Source: Candidatus Moraniibacteriota bacterium (GTDB lineage Bacteria > Patescibacteriota > Minisyncoccia > Moranbacterales > GCA-2747515). Taken from it: DNA of 64,000 nt. Location of the stretch: positions 5,714 to 69,713 of the forward strand of contig JALVQA010000013.1 of assembly GCA_027031495.1 (NCBI GenBank), read 5' to 3'. Positions within the stretch are counted from its first letter, which is position 1. The number at the start of each line of letters is the position of its first letter. Below the pieces are notes generated by a model. It was given only the letters and a program-made list of their open reading frames with translations, was not told the origin of the DNA and ran no database searches. The translations under genes were made by a program, and so were the position numbers. Of this stretch, positions 19,101 through 28,099 are shown one piece after another.

Positions 19101-19157
19101 AATCACATCTTTTGCGCCTTTTGTGGTAGTATGGAATTATCATAAACAACACAAAGT

Positions 19158-20072
19158 ATGGCACTCAAAACAATCACAACGGATTTCCTTACGTGGATTG
19201 ATGTTGACCAGCCAACGGCGCACGATATTGAAACGCTACGTTCGCTCGTCACAATTCACCCGCACGCATTCAAGGAGTTTTCCATCCCAACATCACGCGC
19301 GCGCGTTACTCAGTACCCTAATGGCATTTTTCTCGCACTCCACATCCCACTCTACAACAAAGACGAGCATGCAACATACCAGGCGGAGTTTGACGCTATT
19401 ATTACGGAAACGCACATCATTACCGGTCATGTTGATGCAATCTACCAGCTTGATGCTTTTTTTGAAAAGTTTCAGCAAAACAAAGAATTGCAAACGGATG
19501 ACATTGGCAAGGGGCCCGCATACCTTTTACATGCGATTCTTACCATTTTGATTGATACGTGTTTTCCGCGCGTTGAGCATATTGCTAAAAAAATTGACGC
19601 TGTTGAGGTTGGTGTTTTTCACAACCACGAAGATCACATGGTGCGCGAAATCTCCAACGTAAAACGTGATATTATTAACTTTCGTCGCGCCATCATGCCA
19701 CAGCGCGCGATTATAGAGTCTCTTATGCGCAAAGATCACCGCTTTATTCCGCGCGAACTTCATCCTTACCTCTATGATCTCGTCGATGCAAATACACATC
19801 TGTGGCACATGCTTGAAAGTCACAAGGAGGCAATTGAGTCATTAGAAGATACGAACGACACACTCCTCTCGCACAAGATTAACGAGAAAATGCGTATTAT
19901 TACGATTTTTTCTGCAATCATTCTTATCCCAACGCTTTACGTAAGCACGCTCGGCATCAGTGCCGATATTCCACTTCATGACCATCCGCATAGTTTCTGG
20001 ATTCATGTCAGTATCATGTTCGTTATCGGTGTACTCACCATGCTTTTCTTCAAGTGGCGACGGTGGATTTAA
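19158..20072 (+). CDS. CorA-family (MIT superfamily) membrane protein, divergent: no canonical GMN motif
   Basis: 304 aa with a CorA-like cytoplasmic domain and two C-terminal TM helices; the loop reads LGISAD where YGMNF is expected. Confidence 0.6.
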   Translation: MALKTITTDFLTWIDVDQPTAHDIETLRSLVTIHPHAFKEFSIPTSRARVTQYPNGIFLALHIPLYNKDEHATYQAEFDAIITETHIITGHVDAIYQLDAFFEKFQQNKELQTDDIGKGPAYLLHAILTILIDTCFPRVEHIAKKIDAVEVGVFHNHEDHMVREISNVKRDIINFRRAIMPQRAIIESLMRKDHRFIPRELHPYLYDLVDANTHLWHMLESHKEAIESLEDTNDTLLSHKINEKMRIITIFSAIILIPTLYVSTLGISADIPLHDHPHSFWIHVSIMFVIGVLTMLFFKWRRWI

Positions 20073-20088
20073 TTTTACAGAAAAACTT

Positions 20089-21537
20089 ATGACACTTCAT
20101 CTCTACAATACGCTTACAAAGAAAAAAGAGGTTTTTGTGCCGTGCAAAGATGCTACCGTAACGATGTATGCGTGCGGACCGACAGTTTACAACTACGCAC
20201 ACATCGGCAATCATAAATCTTTTACAACGGCGGACATTTTGCACCGCACACTCTTGGCGTTGGGGTATAAGGTGCAGTTTGTTATGAACATTACCGATGT
20301 CGGACACCTTACAGATGACGATATTGCGCAAGCCGATAGTGGCGATGACAAAATTGAGGCGGCGGCACAGCGCGAGGGTAAAACACCGCAAGAAATTGCA
20401 CACTTCTATGAAGACGCCTTCGTGCGCGATGCGGCGCGTCTTCATTTTTTGCCACCTACCGTTTCGCCACGCGCAACAGAGCATATTGATGACATGATTG
20501 CAATGATTCAGAAGCTTATTGACAACGGGCATGCCTACGAAGTAAACGGCAATGTGTTCTATGATGTAACGGCATTTCCCCGCTATGGTGCGCTCAGTGG
20601 CAACACATTGGAGAATCTCAAAGTCGGCGCACGCCTCAGTGAGGAACACCCGGATAAGCGCAATCAGTGGGATTTTGCACTCTGGCTCAAAGCACCAGAA
20701 AATCACATTATGAAGTGGTCGTCACCATGGTCTGTCGGTTATCCCGGCTGGCATATTGAGTGTTCGGCGATGAGCACACGCTATCTCGGTGATACCATTG
20801 ACATTCACCTCGGCGGCGAGGATCACGTTTTTCCGCACCATGAGGCGGAGATCGCACAAAGTGAAGGTGCGACGCAGAAACATCCCTTCGCGCGCTATTG
20901 GATACACACGCGCCACATGCTCGTCAACGGTAAGAAAATGGCAAAATCGGCGGGAAATTTCTATACACTTGCCGATATTAAAGAGCGCGGGTTTAGCGCT
21001 GAAGACCTACGTATTCTCTACTTTCTTTCCCACTATCGTTCGCAGATGAACTTTACATGGGACTCTCTCGCACAAGCGCGCAAAAACCGCATGAGCATTG
21101 TCACAACCGCACAACGCCTTCGCACATACAGAGATGCACAGGTTATCGGCACAGAAACAATTGATACGCAGTTTATCTACAGCGACTTTATCACAGTACT
21201 TGCAGATGATCTTAACACACCACAAGCAATAACCGTAACGCTCTCTTTTCTTTCTCAAGTCAACGCAATGATTGACGCCGGCACGCTTGCAAATGCCGAT
21301 GAAGCATATACCCTTCTTGAGAGAATGAATGATATTCTCGGCATCACACTCTTGCCACATGATGCACCTATTCCGGCAGAGATTCTCGCCCTTGTGAGAG
21401 AACGTGATGCGGCGCGTGCGCGCAAAGACTTCGCGCAAAGCGACGCACTTCGCGATCGCATCATTGCAGCCGGCTATACCGTTACAGATACACCTGACGG
21501 CACACACATTACAAAAAACACGCCAGAAGAAGCGTAA
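20089..21537 (+). CDS. cysS: Cysteine--tRNA ligase
   Basis: 482 aa from the internal ATG (MTLHLYNTL ... CGPTVYNYAHIGNH) with a KMSKS-type KMAKS motif; the 44 codons upstream in the ORF track are not CysS-like. Confidence 0.95.
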   Translation: MTLHLYNTLTKKKEVFVPCKDATVTMYACGPTVYNYAHIGNHKSFTTADILHRTLLALGYKVQFVMNITDVGHLTDDDIAQADSGDDKIEAAAQREGKTPQEIAHFYEDAFVRDAARLHFLPPTVSPRATEHIDDMIAMIQKLIDNGHAYEVNGNVFYDVTAFPRYGALSGNTLENLKVGARLSEEHPDKRNQWDFALWLKAPENHIMKWSSPWSVGYPGWHIECSAMSTRYLGDTIDIHLGGEDHVFPHHEAEIAQSEGATQKHPFARYWIHTRHMLVNGKKMAKSAGNFYTLADIKERGFSAEDLRILYFLSHYRSQMNFTWDSLAQARKNRMSIVTTAQRLRTYRDAQVIGTETIDTQFIYSDFITVLADDLNTPQAITVTLSFLSQVNAMIDAGTLANADEAYTLLERMNDILGITLLPHDAPIPAEILALVRERDAARARKDFAQSDALRDRIIAAGYTVTDTPDGTHITKNTPEEA

Positions 21538-21585
21538 GTTTTCCACACCTTTATCACCACAGTAGCGCTGTTTTGTACACAGTGT

Positions 21586-21614
21586 TTGCGTATGCATTAC
21601 GAGCACACTATAAT
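21586..21614 (+). promoter_or_regulatory. Candidate sigma70 promoter for dnaB
   Basis: TTGCGT (21586-21591), a 17-nt spacer, then TATAAT (21609-21614), about 50 nt upstream of the dnaB start. Confidence 0.4.
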
Positions 21615-21662
21615 GGGAAGTGCTCTGTGATATTCTGTCTTATTTTTTACCGCCACAAATCT

Positions 21663-23021
21663 ATGTCACAAAAACACTCAACAGACATTCGTGTGCCACC
21701 ACATAATATAGAAGCTGAACAGTCTGTCCTCGGCGCACTTATGCTTGATAAAGATGCAATTGTCGCCATTGCTGACACGCTCCGTTCCGATGATTTCTAT
21801 AAAGGCACACATAGCACAATCTACGACGCTATTTTGGACCTTTATGAAAAGGGTGAGCCAATTGATGTTCTCTCTCTATCAAATCGCCTTGACGAGAAAA
21901 AGAAACTCTCAGAAGTTGGTGGCGCGACATATCTTGCATCCCTTGCTAACATGGTGCCAAGCGCCTCAAACATTGCGCATTATGCCTCAATTGTCAAGAA
22001 AAAAGCAACACTACGTAAACTGATCGCTGCCGCAACGAAAATCGGCGAACTCGGCTATACAGAGGAAGCCGACGATGTGGAAAAGGTCCTTGATCTTGCC
22101 GAACAAACGCTCTTTGATGTCTCTCAACACACGACAAAGCAAGACTTCATTACGATGAAAGACGCGCTTTCTACCGCTTTTGATCGCATTGATGAGCTTC
22201 ATAAAAATCGTGGTGAGATGCGTGGCGTGCCAACCGGGTTTCCTGATGTTGATAATATCCTCTCCGGCCTGCAAAAATCGGACCTCATCATCCTTGCCGC
22301 ACGTCCGTCCGTTGGTAAAACATCTCTTGCACTTGATATTGCGCGCATGGCAGCAACGCAGTACAAAGTGCCTGTCGGCATCTTTTCGCTAGAGATGAGT
22401 AGCGACCAGCTTGTTGATCGTATGATCGCAGCAGAGGGCGATGTTGATCTCTGGCGTTTGCGTACAGGCAATCTCCACGACAGTGCTGATGACAATGACT
22501 TTGAACGCATCAATACCGCGATGGGCACCCTCAACGATGCGCCAATTTACATTGATGATGCGTCCAGTGTAAATATCATGAGCATGCGTACAATGGCACG
22601 ACGTCTGCAATCACAACACAACCTCGGCCTTATTATTATTGATTATCTACAGCTTATGGAAGGTCGCTCCAGTGAAAACCGTGTGCAAGAGATCTCGGAA
22701 ATCTCACGTGGTCTCAAAACACTTGCAAAGGAGCTCAACATTCCTATTATCGCTCTCTCGCAGCTCTCACGTGCAGTTGAAAGTCGCAATGACCAGCGCC
22801 CAAAGCTCTCAGACCTACGTGAGTCCGGCTCCATTGAGCAGGATGCTGACGTGGTAATGTTTCTCTACCGTGAGGACCGTGTCAAACCGGATACGGAAAA
22901 TAAGGGCATCGCAGAACTTATTATCGCAAAGCATCGCAATGGCCCTATCGGCACAGCAAAACTGTTCTTCAAAGAGGAGTGCGCATCGTACCGTTCCCTA
23001 GAACAACATCACATTGAATAG
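21663..23021 (+). CDS. dnaB: Replicative DNA helicase DnaB
   Basis: 452 aa from MSQKHSTDIRVPPHNIEAEQSVLGALM with an ARPSVGKTS Walker A motif and a DnaB C-terminal domain. Confidence 0.95.
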   Translation: MSQKHSTDIRVPPHNIEAEQSVLGALMLDKDAIVAIADTLRSDDFYKGTHSTIYDAILDLYEKGEPIDVLSLSNRLDEKKKLSEVGGATYLASLANMVPSASNIAHYASIVKKKATLRKLIAAATKIGELGYTEEADDVEKVLDLAEQTLFDVSQHTTKQDFITMKDALSTAFDRIDELHKNRGEMRGVPTGFPDVDNILSGLQKSDLIILAARPSVGKTSLALDIARMAATQYKVPVGIFSLEMSSDQLVDRMIAAEGDVDLWRLRTGNLHDSADDNDFERINTAMGTLNDAPIYIDDASSVNIMSMRTMARRLQSQHNLGLIIIDYLQLMEGRSSENRVQEISEISRGLKTLAKELNIPIIALSQLSRAVESRNDQRPKLSDLRESGSIEQDADVVMFLYREDRVKPDTENKGIAELIIAKHRNGPIGTAKLFFKEECASYRSLEQHHIE

Positions 23022-23625
23022 TAAAATTATGTTTCCGGCACAATTCAAAAAACTCATTGACGCGTTTAGTGCGCTACCTGGCATCGGCCCCAAAATGGCG
23101 GAGCGCCTCGTGCTCTACCTTTTTAAGCAAAGTGATGACGATATCCACGCTTTTGCGCGCGCACTTAAGGATATTAGTACACTCTCACGCTGCAAGCAGT
23201 GCTTTAACATTGCCGACCAAGAACTGTGTACATTTTGTCGTGATCCACATCGCGATAAGACGATCATTTGCGTTGTTCAAGAACCGCTTGACATTATCCC
23301 TATTGAACGTACGCGTACATTTCACGGTCTTTACCACGTTCTCGGCGGAACTATTTCACCAAAAATTGACGCAAAAGAACATGCACACTTAACGATTGCG
23401 CCCCTTCTAGAGCGTATTAAGCGTAATGCTGTAAAGGAGGTCATTCTCGCAACAAATCCAACAACCGATGGTGACGCAACGGCACTCTACCTCAAAGAAA
23501 AACTTTCTCCTCTTGCCATTCACATCTCTCGCCTGGCACGTGGACTGACAACAGGTGCTGATATTGAATATGCTGATGATCTCACACTGCGCAGTGCGCT
23601 TATTAATCGCGAGAAACTTGCCTAA
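23014..23625 (+). CDS. recR: Recombination protein RecR
   Basis: 203 aa with an HhH motif (LPGIGPKMAERL), a C4 zinc finger (CKQCFNIADQELCTFC) and a Toprim domain. An alternative start at the ATG at 23029 would avoid the 8-nt overlap with dnaB. Confidence 0.9.
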   Translation: MNSKIMFPAQFKKLIDAFSALPGIGPKMAERLVLYLFKQSDDDIHAFARALKDISTLSRCKQCFNIADQELCTFCRDPHRDKTIICVVQEPLDIIPIERTRTFHGLYHVLGGTISPKIDAKEHAHLTIAPLLERIKRNAVKEVILATNPTTDGDATALYLKEKLSPLAIHISRLARGLTTGADIEYADDLTLRSALINREKLA

Positions 23626-24189
23626 TTACTTTGTGCTTTTGCTCTCTTTTGCAGCACTTTTTCCTTTTGTCTTTGCACAATAAATTTCATTGATTTTTGC
23701 TCGCGTGCTTTTGAGTACATTACCATTTGCTCTTTTGACACCGTATGGTTCCAAAATATCTTTGCGGTACTTTTCCTGAAAACGTTTTACCGCTGCTTGA
23801 TCCGTACCATCATAAACGCCACCAACGATCAACTTCTCTCCTTCATACGTATTGAGAAATTTTTCAAGCTTAATCACCTCTCGCTTATCATTCGCAGCGT
23901 TCGGTTTGATGTCTTTTGTTATAAACGGTTTGCACGTTATCTTCTCCTTTTTTTCTTCGTCACCATCTTTTTTCTGCACATCCCCCTTCTCTTCTAGTGC
24001 CTTTTCTTCAGTTTCTTTCTTTGCGTTTTCAGCTTTCTTTGCATCACTCTCTTTCTGTGCACGCGCAAGAGCATCATCAATTGTTATACCTTCTTGGTGA
24101 CCACCGCACCACGTATGCGCTTTGCAACTGTAAAACCACCCGCTAAACGTCACAACTGCGATAAAGAAAATAATTGCGATATAGTCCAT
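23626..24189 (-). CDS. Membrane-anchored protein with a C-terminal peptidoglycan-binding-like domain, hypothetical
   Basis: 187 aa with an N-terminal TM segment, a K/E-rich linker, and a C-terminal IKLEKFLNTYEG ... AVKRFQEKY region resembling a PG_binding_1 domain. Its stop abuts the recR stop. Confidence 0.5.
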   Translation of the reverse strand: MDYIAIIFFIAVVTFSGWFYSCKAHTWCGGHQEGITIDDALARAQKESDAKKAENAKKETEEKALEEKGDVQKKDGDEEKKEKITCKPFITKDIKPNAANDKREVIKLEKFLNTYEGEKLIVGGVYDGTDQAAVKRFQEKYRKDILEPYGVKRANGNVLKSTRAKINEIYCAKTKGKSAAKESKSTK

Positions 24190-24260
24190 AGGTTTATTTT
24201 TTCAAAAGTTTTCAATGCTTCTTTTTTTATTCTAACACATCAACTATAGAGCACCCTACA

Positions 24261-25562
24261 CTACACACTTTTCGTATAATTGTGGATAGCACGTGCAATT
24301 GTTTTACATGTGTGTATAAAAGCACCATCATTTAACTCCAAAAGTGTCATGCGAAGACCATGAATATGTGTATTAAAACTTGATAACGGCACTGTACATA
24401 CACCTGTCGCACCCAAAAGATAATATACAAAGCGCGCATCTTTGCGAACACCTTTAACAGCATCCTCAACTAATGCACGCACAGCAACGTTATCAATGTG
24501 CAAAGTTTGCGCATTGTTAAACACAGTATCATCAAAGACAACAGAAAGGTAAAATGCGCCCTGCGGTGGCACGACAGATACACCCGGCACAGTGGAAAGA
24601 ATTGCGCATGCCTGCTGTGCACGTTTTTTATAGAAATCGCATTGCATCGCACAGTGCTCTGCAAACCGCGCATCACCATAAATCTGTGGCAAAACGTATT
24701 GTGGCAATGTTGTGGCACATACCTCAAGCATTTTTGCATCATGAAGCGTTTGTGCGTAACGTGCAAAGTCGACATCTTTGTCGCTATTGTAAAATTCAGC
24801 CCATCCGCATCGTGCGCCAGGCCACGGCACTTCTTTTGAAAGTCCGCGCAGAGCGATGCCCGGCACATCACCAATGACACGCGCAAGTGACACAAATGGC
24901 TCACAACCATATGTTAAATGTGCATAAATTTCATCGGAAATAACAAATAAGTCGTATTCTTTGGCAATCGCCATAATTTCTTCCAAAATCGCACGCGGAT
25001 AGACAACGCCTGTTGGATTATCTGGATTGATAATGAGAATCCCGGCAATCGTCGGGTTATAGCGGACTTTATTGCGAATGTCCTCCACATCGGGCAACCA
25101 CTTGTTTGTCGGATCAAGCTCGTATGTCAAGTGATGCTGATGTGCGTGCGCTCCTTCCGCTGATGAATGTGTTGGATATGCCGGCGATGGTCCGAGAATA
25201 CGCGCAGTTTCGTTAAGGTAAGTATAAATGATAGAAATTGCATCACCAAGACCATTAAAAAAGAGAATATTATCTGACGATAGCGCAACACCACCCTCAC
25301 GCGTCCGCTGTTGCGCAATAAAGTGACGCGCCGCCTCAACGCCACGCGTCGGTGAGTAGCCGAAAGAAAGATCGTCCGCAATAGCGTTGGCAACGATTTT
25401 TTTAATCCACTGCGGCACTGTGTGGCCTTTTGCAATTGGGTCACCAATATTCTCCCATGTAATATTTACACCGTGCGCCGCGATTTCTTGTGCCCGCGCA
25501 ACAATACCACGGATGTCGTATGTTAATTCCTGTGCTCCGCTGTGAATAATGTTTGTTCTCAT
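24261..25562 (-). CDS. PLP-dependent aminotransferase, class I/II (alanine/aspartate aminotransferase-like)
   Basis: 433 aa with the SKEVPWPGARCGW (SK..G.R.GW) PLP-lysine region typical of the fold. Confidence 0.85.
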   Translation of the reverse strand: MRTNIIHSGAQELTYDIRGIVARAQEIAAHGVNITWENIGDPIAKGHTVPQWIKKIVANAIADDLSFGYSPTRGVEAARHFIAQQRTREGGVALSSDNILFFNGLGDAISIIYTYLNETARILGPSPAYPTHSSAEGAHAHQHHLTYELDPTNKWLPDVEDIRNKVRYNPTIAGILIINPDNPTGVVYPRAILEEIMAIAKEYDLFVISDEIYAHLTYGCEPFVSLARVIGDVPGIALRGLSKEVPWPGARCGWAEFYNSDKDVDFARYAQTLHDAKMLEVCATTLPQYVLPQIYGDARFAEHCAMQCDFYKKRAQQACAILSTVPGVSVVPPQGAFYLSVVFDDTVFNNAQTLHIDNVAVRALVEDAVKGVRKDARFVYYLLGATGVCTVPLSSFNTHIHGLRMTLLELNDGAFIHTCKTIARAIHNYTKSV

Positions 25563-25574
25563 AAAATCCTCTTG

Positions 25575-26153
25575 TTACTCTCGTACAATCTCTACTGCGC
25601 CATCTATTAAACGTACAATACGAGACGGTAGTGCACACACGCGCCGGCGCGCACTCACATAAAAATCTACACTACCACCAAAGTACGCACGTGCTTGCCG
25701 TATAGTGCATGCCGGCTGTGCGCCTTGTGGATTCGCGCTTGGCGCTACGAGTGGTCCAACATGACGTATGAGTGCTGTTAAAAGTTTTGTGCGCACAAGT
25801 CGAAATGCAAGCGTATTCGCACCACGATGCAAATAGTACCACTTTCGTGCTGTTGTATGCGCACACGGCATAATAACACTTGTCTTACGACGTTGTCGCG
25901 GTCGCCACAGATCATTAAGAATACGCCTTTCTCTCCCGGTAAGGCGTATGTCAAAGCGTGCAATATCGCTGTATGATGCAATCAATATAATAAGTGGCTT
26001 GTTCTTATCACGAGCACGAACCGCAAAAATACGCTCAACTGTAGATGGTAGCAATGCGCTTCCCACAATACCATAGATCGTGTCAGTTGGAACAACACCT
26101 ATACCACCATTTTCGAGAATGTTGATAATATATGTATACTCCGCCTCATTCAT
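25575..26153 (-). CDS. tsaC: L-threonylcarbamoyladenylate synthase (YrdC/TsaC family)
   Basis: 192 aa; YrdC-domain signature VVPTDTIYGIVG and overall length match. Confidence 0.85.
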   Translation of the reverse strand: MNEAEYTYIINILENGGIGVVPTDTIYGIVGSALLPSTVERIFAVRARDKNKPLIILIASYSDIARFDIRLTGRERRILNDLWRPRQRRKTSVIMPCAHTTARKWYYLHRGANTLAFRLVRTKLLTALIRHVGPLVAPSANPQGAQPACTIRQARAYFGGSVDFYVSARRRVCALPSRIVRLIDGAVEIVRE

Positions 26154-26166
26154 AATTGCATAACTA

Positions 26167-28086
26167 TCACCATACTACCGCCCTATCCCCTTGCTCTTCA
26201 CGGGCATTGGCAATACATGCTTTCAAACCCGCTGTCTGCGTCCATCCACACTGCCCGTCCGCCTGTTGTTCGCATACGGCATCTTTATAACATGCATATT
26301 CAGCACGCCACTCACATGTCGTGTTAAGATCTCTATCAGCACAGATCTGTCCGCTACACCCGGTCGGATGGCATTTTTTCGCTGTTTTCTTTTTATTTTG
26401 CTTATTTTTCGGACACGCACCTTTTCTGATATCGGTTGCTTTATCAGCTTTTGCATAGCACTCATTCTTATATGTTTTCCTACAATATTGTTCCTGTAAT
26501 TTTTTGTCCTCTGCACTATCACCATCAAAAACACATTTTTGGATCATGGCGCATACAGGCTCACGTTTCTGTGGGCACGTACCATGCCCCGGTGCAAACA
26601 CAATGCAACCCGGCTCTTTCTTTTCTTCTTCTCTGCATGCTCGTAGCGTACATATCATAGGTCTACCATTCTCTATACCACATGTGTTACACCCATCAAA
26701 CCACGTTATGCAATCTTCTGGAATTGTCGGCCTTTCTTCATTTTCTTTTTTTCTATCATGCTCAATGCTGTTATTGAGACCAACAATAGTCCATCGATAT
26801 TCACCATTTTGTGTATCAGAACATGCGCCATCTTGCGAACATCCACATTTCCATGCGCCATCCTCATAGATACACATGTAGTACGCAAGATATTGCGTAT
26901 TACCTTTCATATGTTCACGTGATACATCTGCACGCGCAGCACCAACAACCCACTTACCACTCGTATCACGTGGACCGTGCAGACGCACACTATTTTCTTC
27001 TGTAAAGGTTTTACCATCCGTTGTGTAGTACGCGCGATGCCAAATATAGTATCGTTGGTCATGTGGTTCGCTTCCAATAAACACTCTAAAAAGATCCTTA
27101 TCATCTGCACAATTAACATACGCCAATGAGCGATTGTTCCTAAACGGATCAACCGGTTGTACAAAAAGTGAACCTTTCAGTTCCACATCACGCTGACATA
27201 TGTCATTCTTTATGCTTTTTAAATCAGGACACACAAATTCACACTTTTTACCGGAACGACCAACAACCGTGCCATCCGCACAAATCTTCACATCGTCAGG
27301 GCATACCACTTTCTCGCCAAGAACACCAACTTTTATCGTGCGTTTTTGTGACTGCAAAATGCCATAAAAGCATCGTAATGAAAAAGACGCATGCTCAGTA
27401 TCTATATTTTTAACCACCTTTCTTCCACTCTTTTTGCGCAAACCATGCCATCCACCGGAGGCAAAGCACCACTTCGCATCGGGCACATCCCACGCAAGAA
27501 CAACACTTCCACCAGGCGTAACCGTTCGTGGCACTGCCACAAAGAAGAAATCGTCATCATCGTCTTCTTGCCCACTCAAATCATCAACAGAAAAAATCTC
27601 ATTCAGTAGCGCCACTTCCACCTGCGCTTCCTTCGTATTTTCCTTTGTATGTGAACATGATGTTACACGTATAACATCATGATCCTCACTGTCTTTAAGA
27701 ATTACGCCACTACTATCACGTACATGGTTTGCGTAGACAATGTATTCCGTATTTGGTTTAAATGAATAGCCGCAAAGCGACGACGTACCGGGCGTCTCTA
27801 CAGTCACGGTATGCACCGTATTATCAAGACCGGTCCACACCTGCATAACATCAAAGCGAATGAATTTCTTGTCATCAAAAGTAATGCTTGTCACATTATC
27901 ACTCACACTCTCTTTTACACGACCAACAGGGTGTGCTGTGCCCATAAATATAACATCATATCCTCTTATCACATCAGCGGAGAGTTTTGATTTTACGCAT
28001 GAACATGCACGTGCCGTCTGCACATAGACAAAACACAAGCTCATTACAAGTGTGGCTAGTACAAAAAAACGATACGCTTTTGACAT
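26167..28086 (-). CDS. Large secreted cysteine-rich protein, hypothetical
   Basis: 639 aa with an N-terminal signal peptide (MSKAYRFFVLATLVMSLCFVYVQTARA) and about 50 Cys concentrated in the C-terminal third; no recognisable family. Confidence 0.6.
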   Translation of the reverse strand: MSKAYRFFVLATLVMSLCFVYVQTARACSCVKSKLSADVIRGYDVIFMGTAHPVGRVKESVSDNVTSITFDDKKFIRFDVMQVWTGLDNTVHTVTVETPGTSSLCGYSFKPNTEYIVYANHVRDSSGVILKDSEDHDVIRVTSCSHTKENTKEAQVEVALLNEIFSVDDLSGQEDDDDDFFFVAVPRTVTPGGSVVLAWDVPDAKWCFASGGWHGLRKKSGRKVVKNIDTEHASFSLRCFYGILQSQKRTIKVGVLGEKVVCPDDVKICADGTVVGRSGKKCEFVCPDLKSIKNDICQRDVELKGSLFVQPVDPFRNNRSLAYVNCADDKDLFRVFIGSEPHDQRYYIWHRAYYTTDGKTFTEENSVRLHGPRDTSGKWVVGAARADVSREHMKGNTQYLAYYMCIYEDGAWKCGCSQDGACSDTQNGEYRWTIVGLNNSIEHDRKKENEERPTIPEDCITWFDGCNTCGIENGRPMICTLRACREEEKKEPGCIVFAPGHGTCPQKREPVCAMIQKCVFDGDSAEDKKLQEQYCRKTYKNECYAKADKATDIRKGACPKNKQNKKKTAKKCHPTGCSGQICADRDLNTTCEWRAEYACYKDAVCEQQADGQCGWTQTAGLKACIANAREEQGDRAVVW

Positions 28087-28099
28087 AGTTATTCAAAAT

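Noticed and set aside
17549-19157. CRISPR array, RNase P RNA, tmRNA or SRP RNA inside the structured region
   Set aside because: No regularly spaced direct repeats. No P4 strands (GGAAAGUCCGGGCUCC / ACAGAACCCGGCUUA), no tmRNA tag-reading frame or CCA-ended tRNA-like domain, and no SRP domain IV motif found by eye. Short partial resemblances (aaaagtcccgagc at 17076-17088; ggaagcgc at 18053) are explained by local hairpins.
15209-19157. Integrase or recombinase expected next to the tRNA-Lys insertion site
   Set aside because: Neither the 377-aa nor any smaller ORF shows R...HxxR...Y tyrosine-recombinase or serine-recombinase motifs; none present.
19960-20088. N-terminal 43 extra codons on cysS, and similar upstream extensions on dnaB (21573), sufC (28658), the SLT protein (50297) and DUF2853 (62577)
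   Set aside because: Each upstream segment is hydrophobic or low-complexity and overlaps the preceding gene or a promoter-like region. In each case the conserved family N-terminus starts at an internal ATG.
23621-23630. Zero-spacer convergent junction between recR (+) and the PG-binding protein (-)
   Set aside because: Noted as unusual (no room for terminators) but explained by compact genome organisation; there is nothing further to test.
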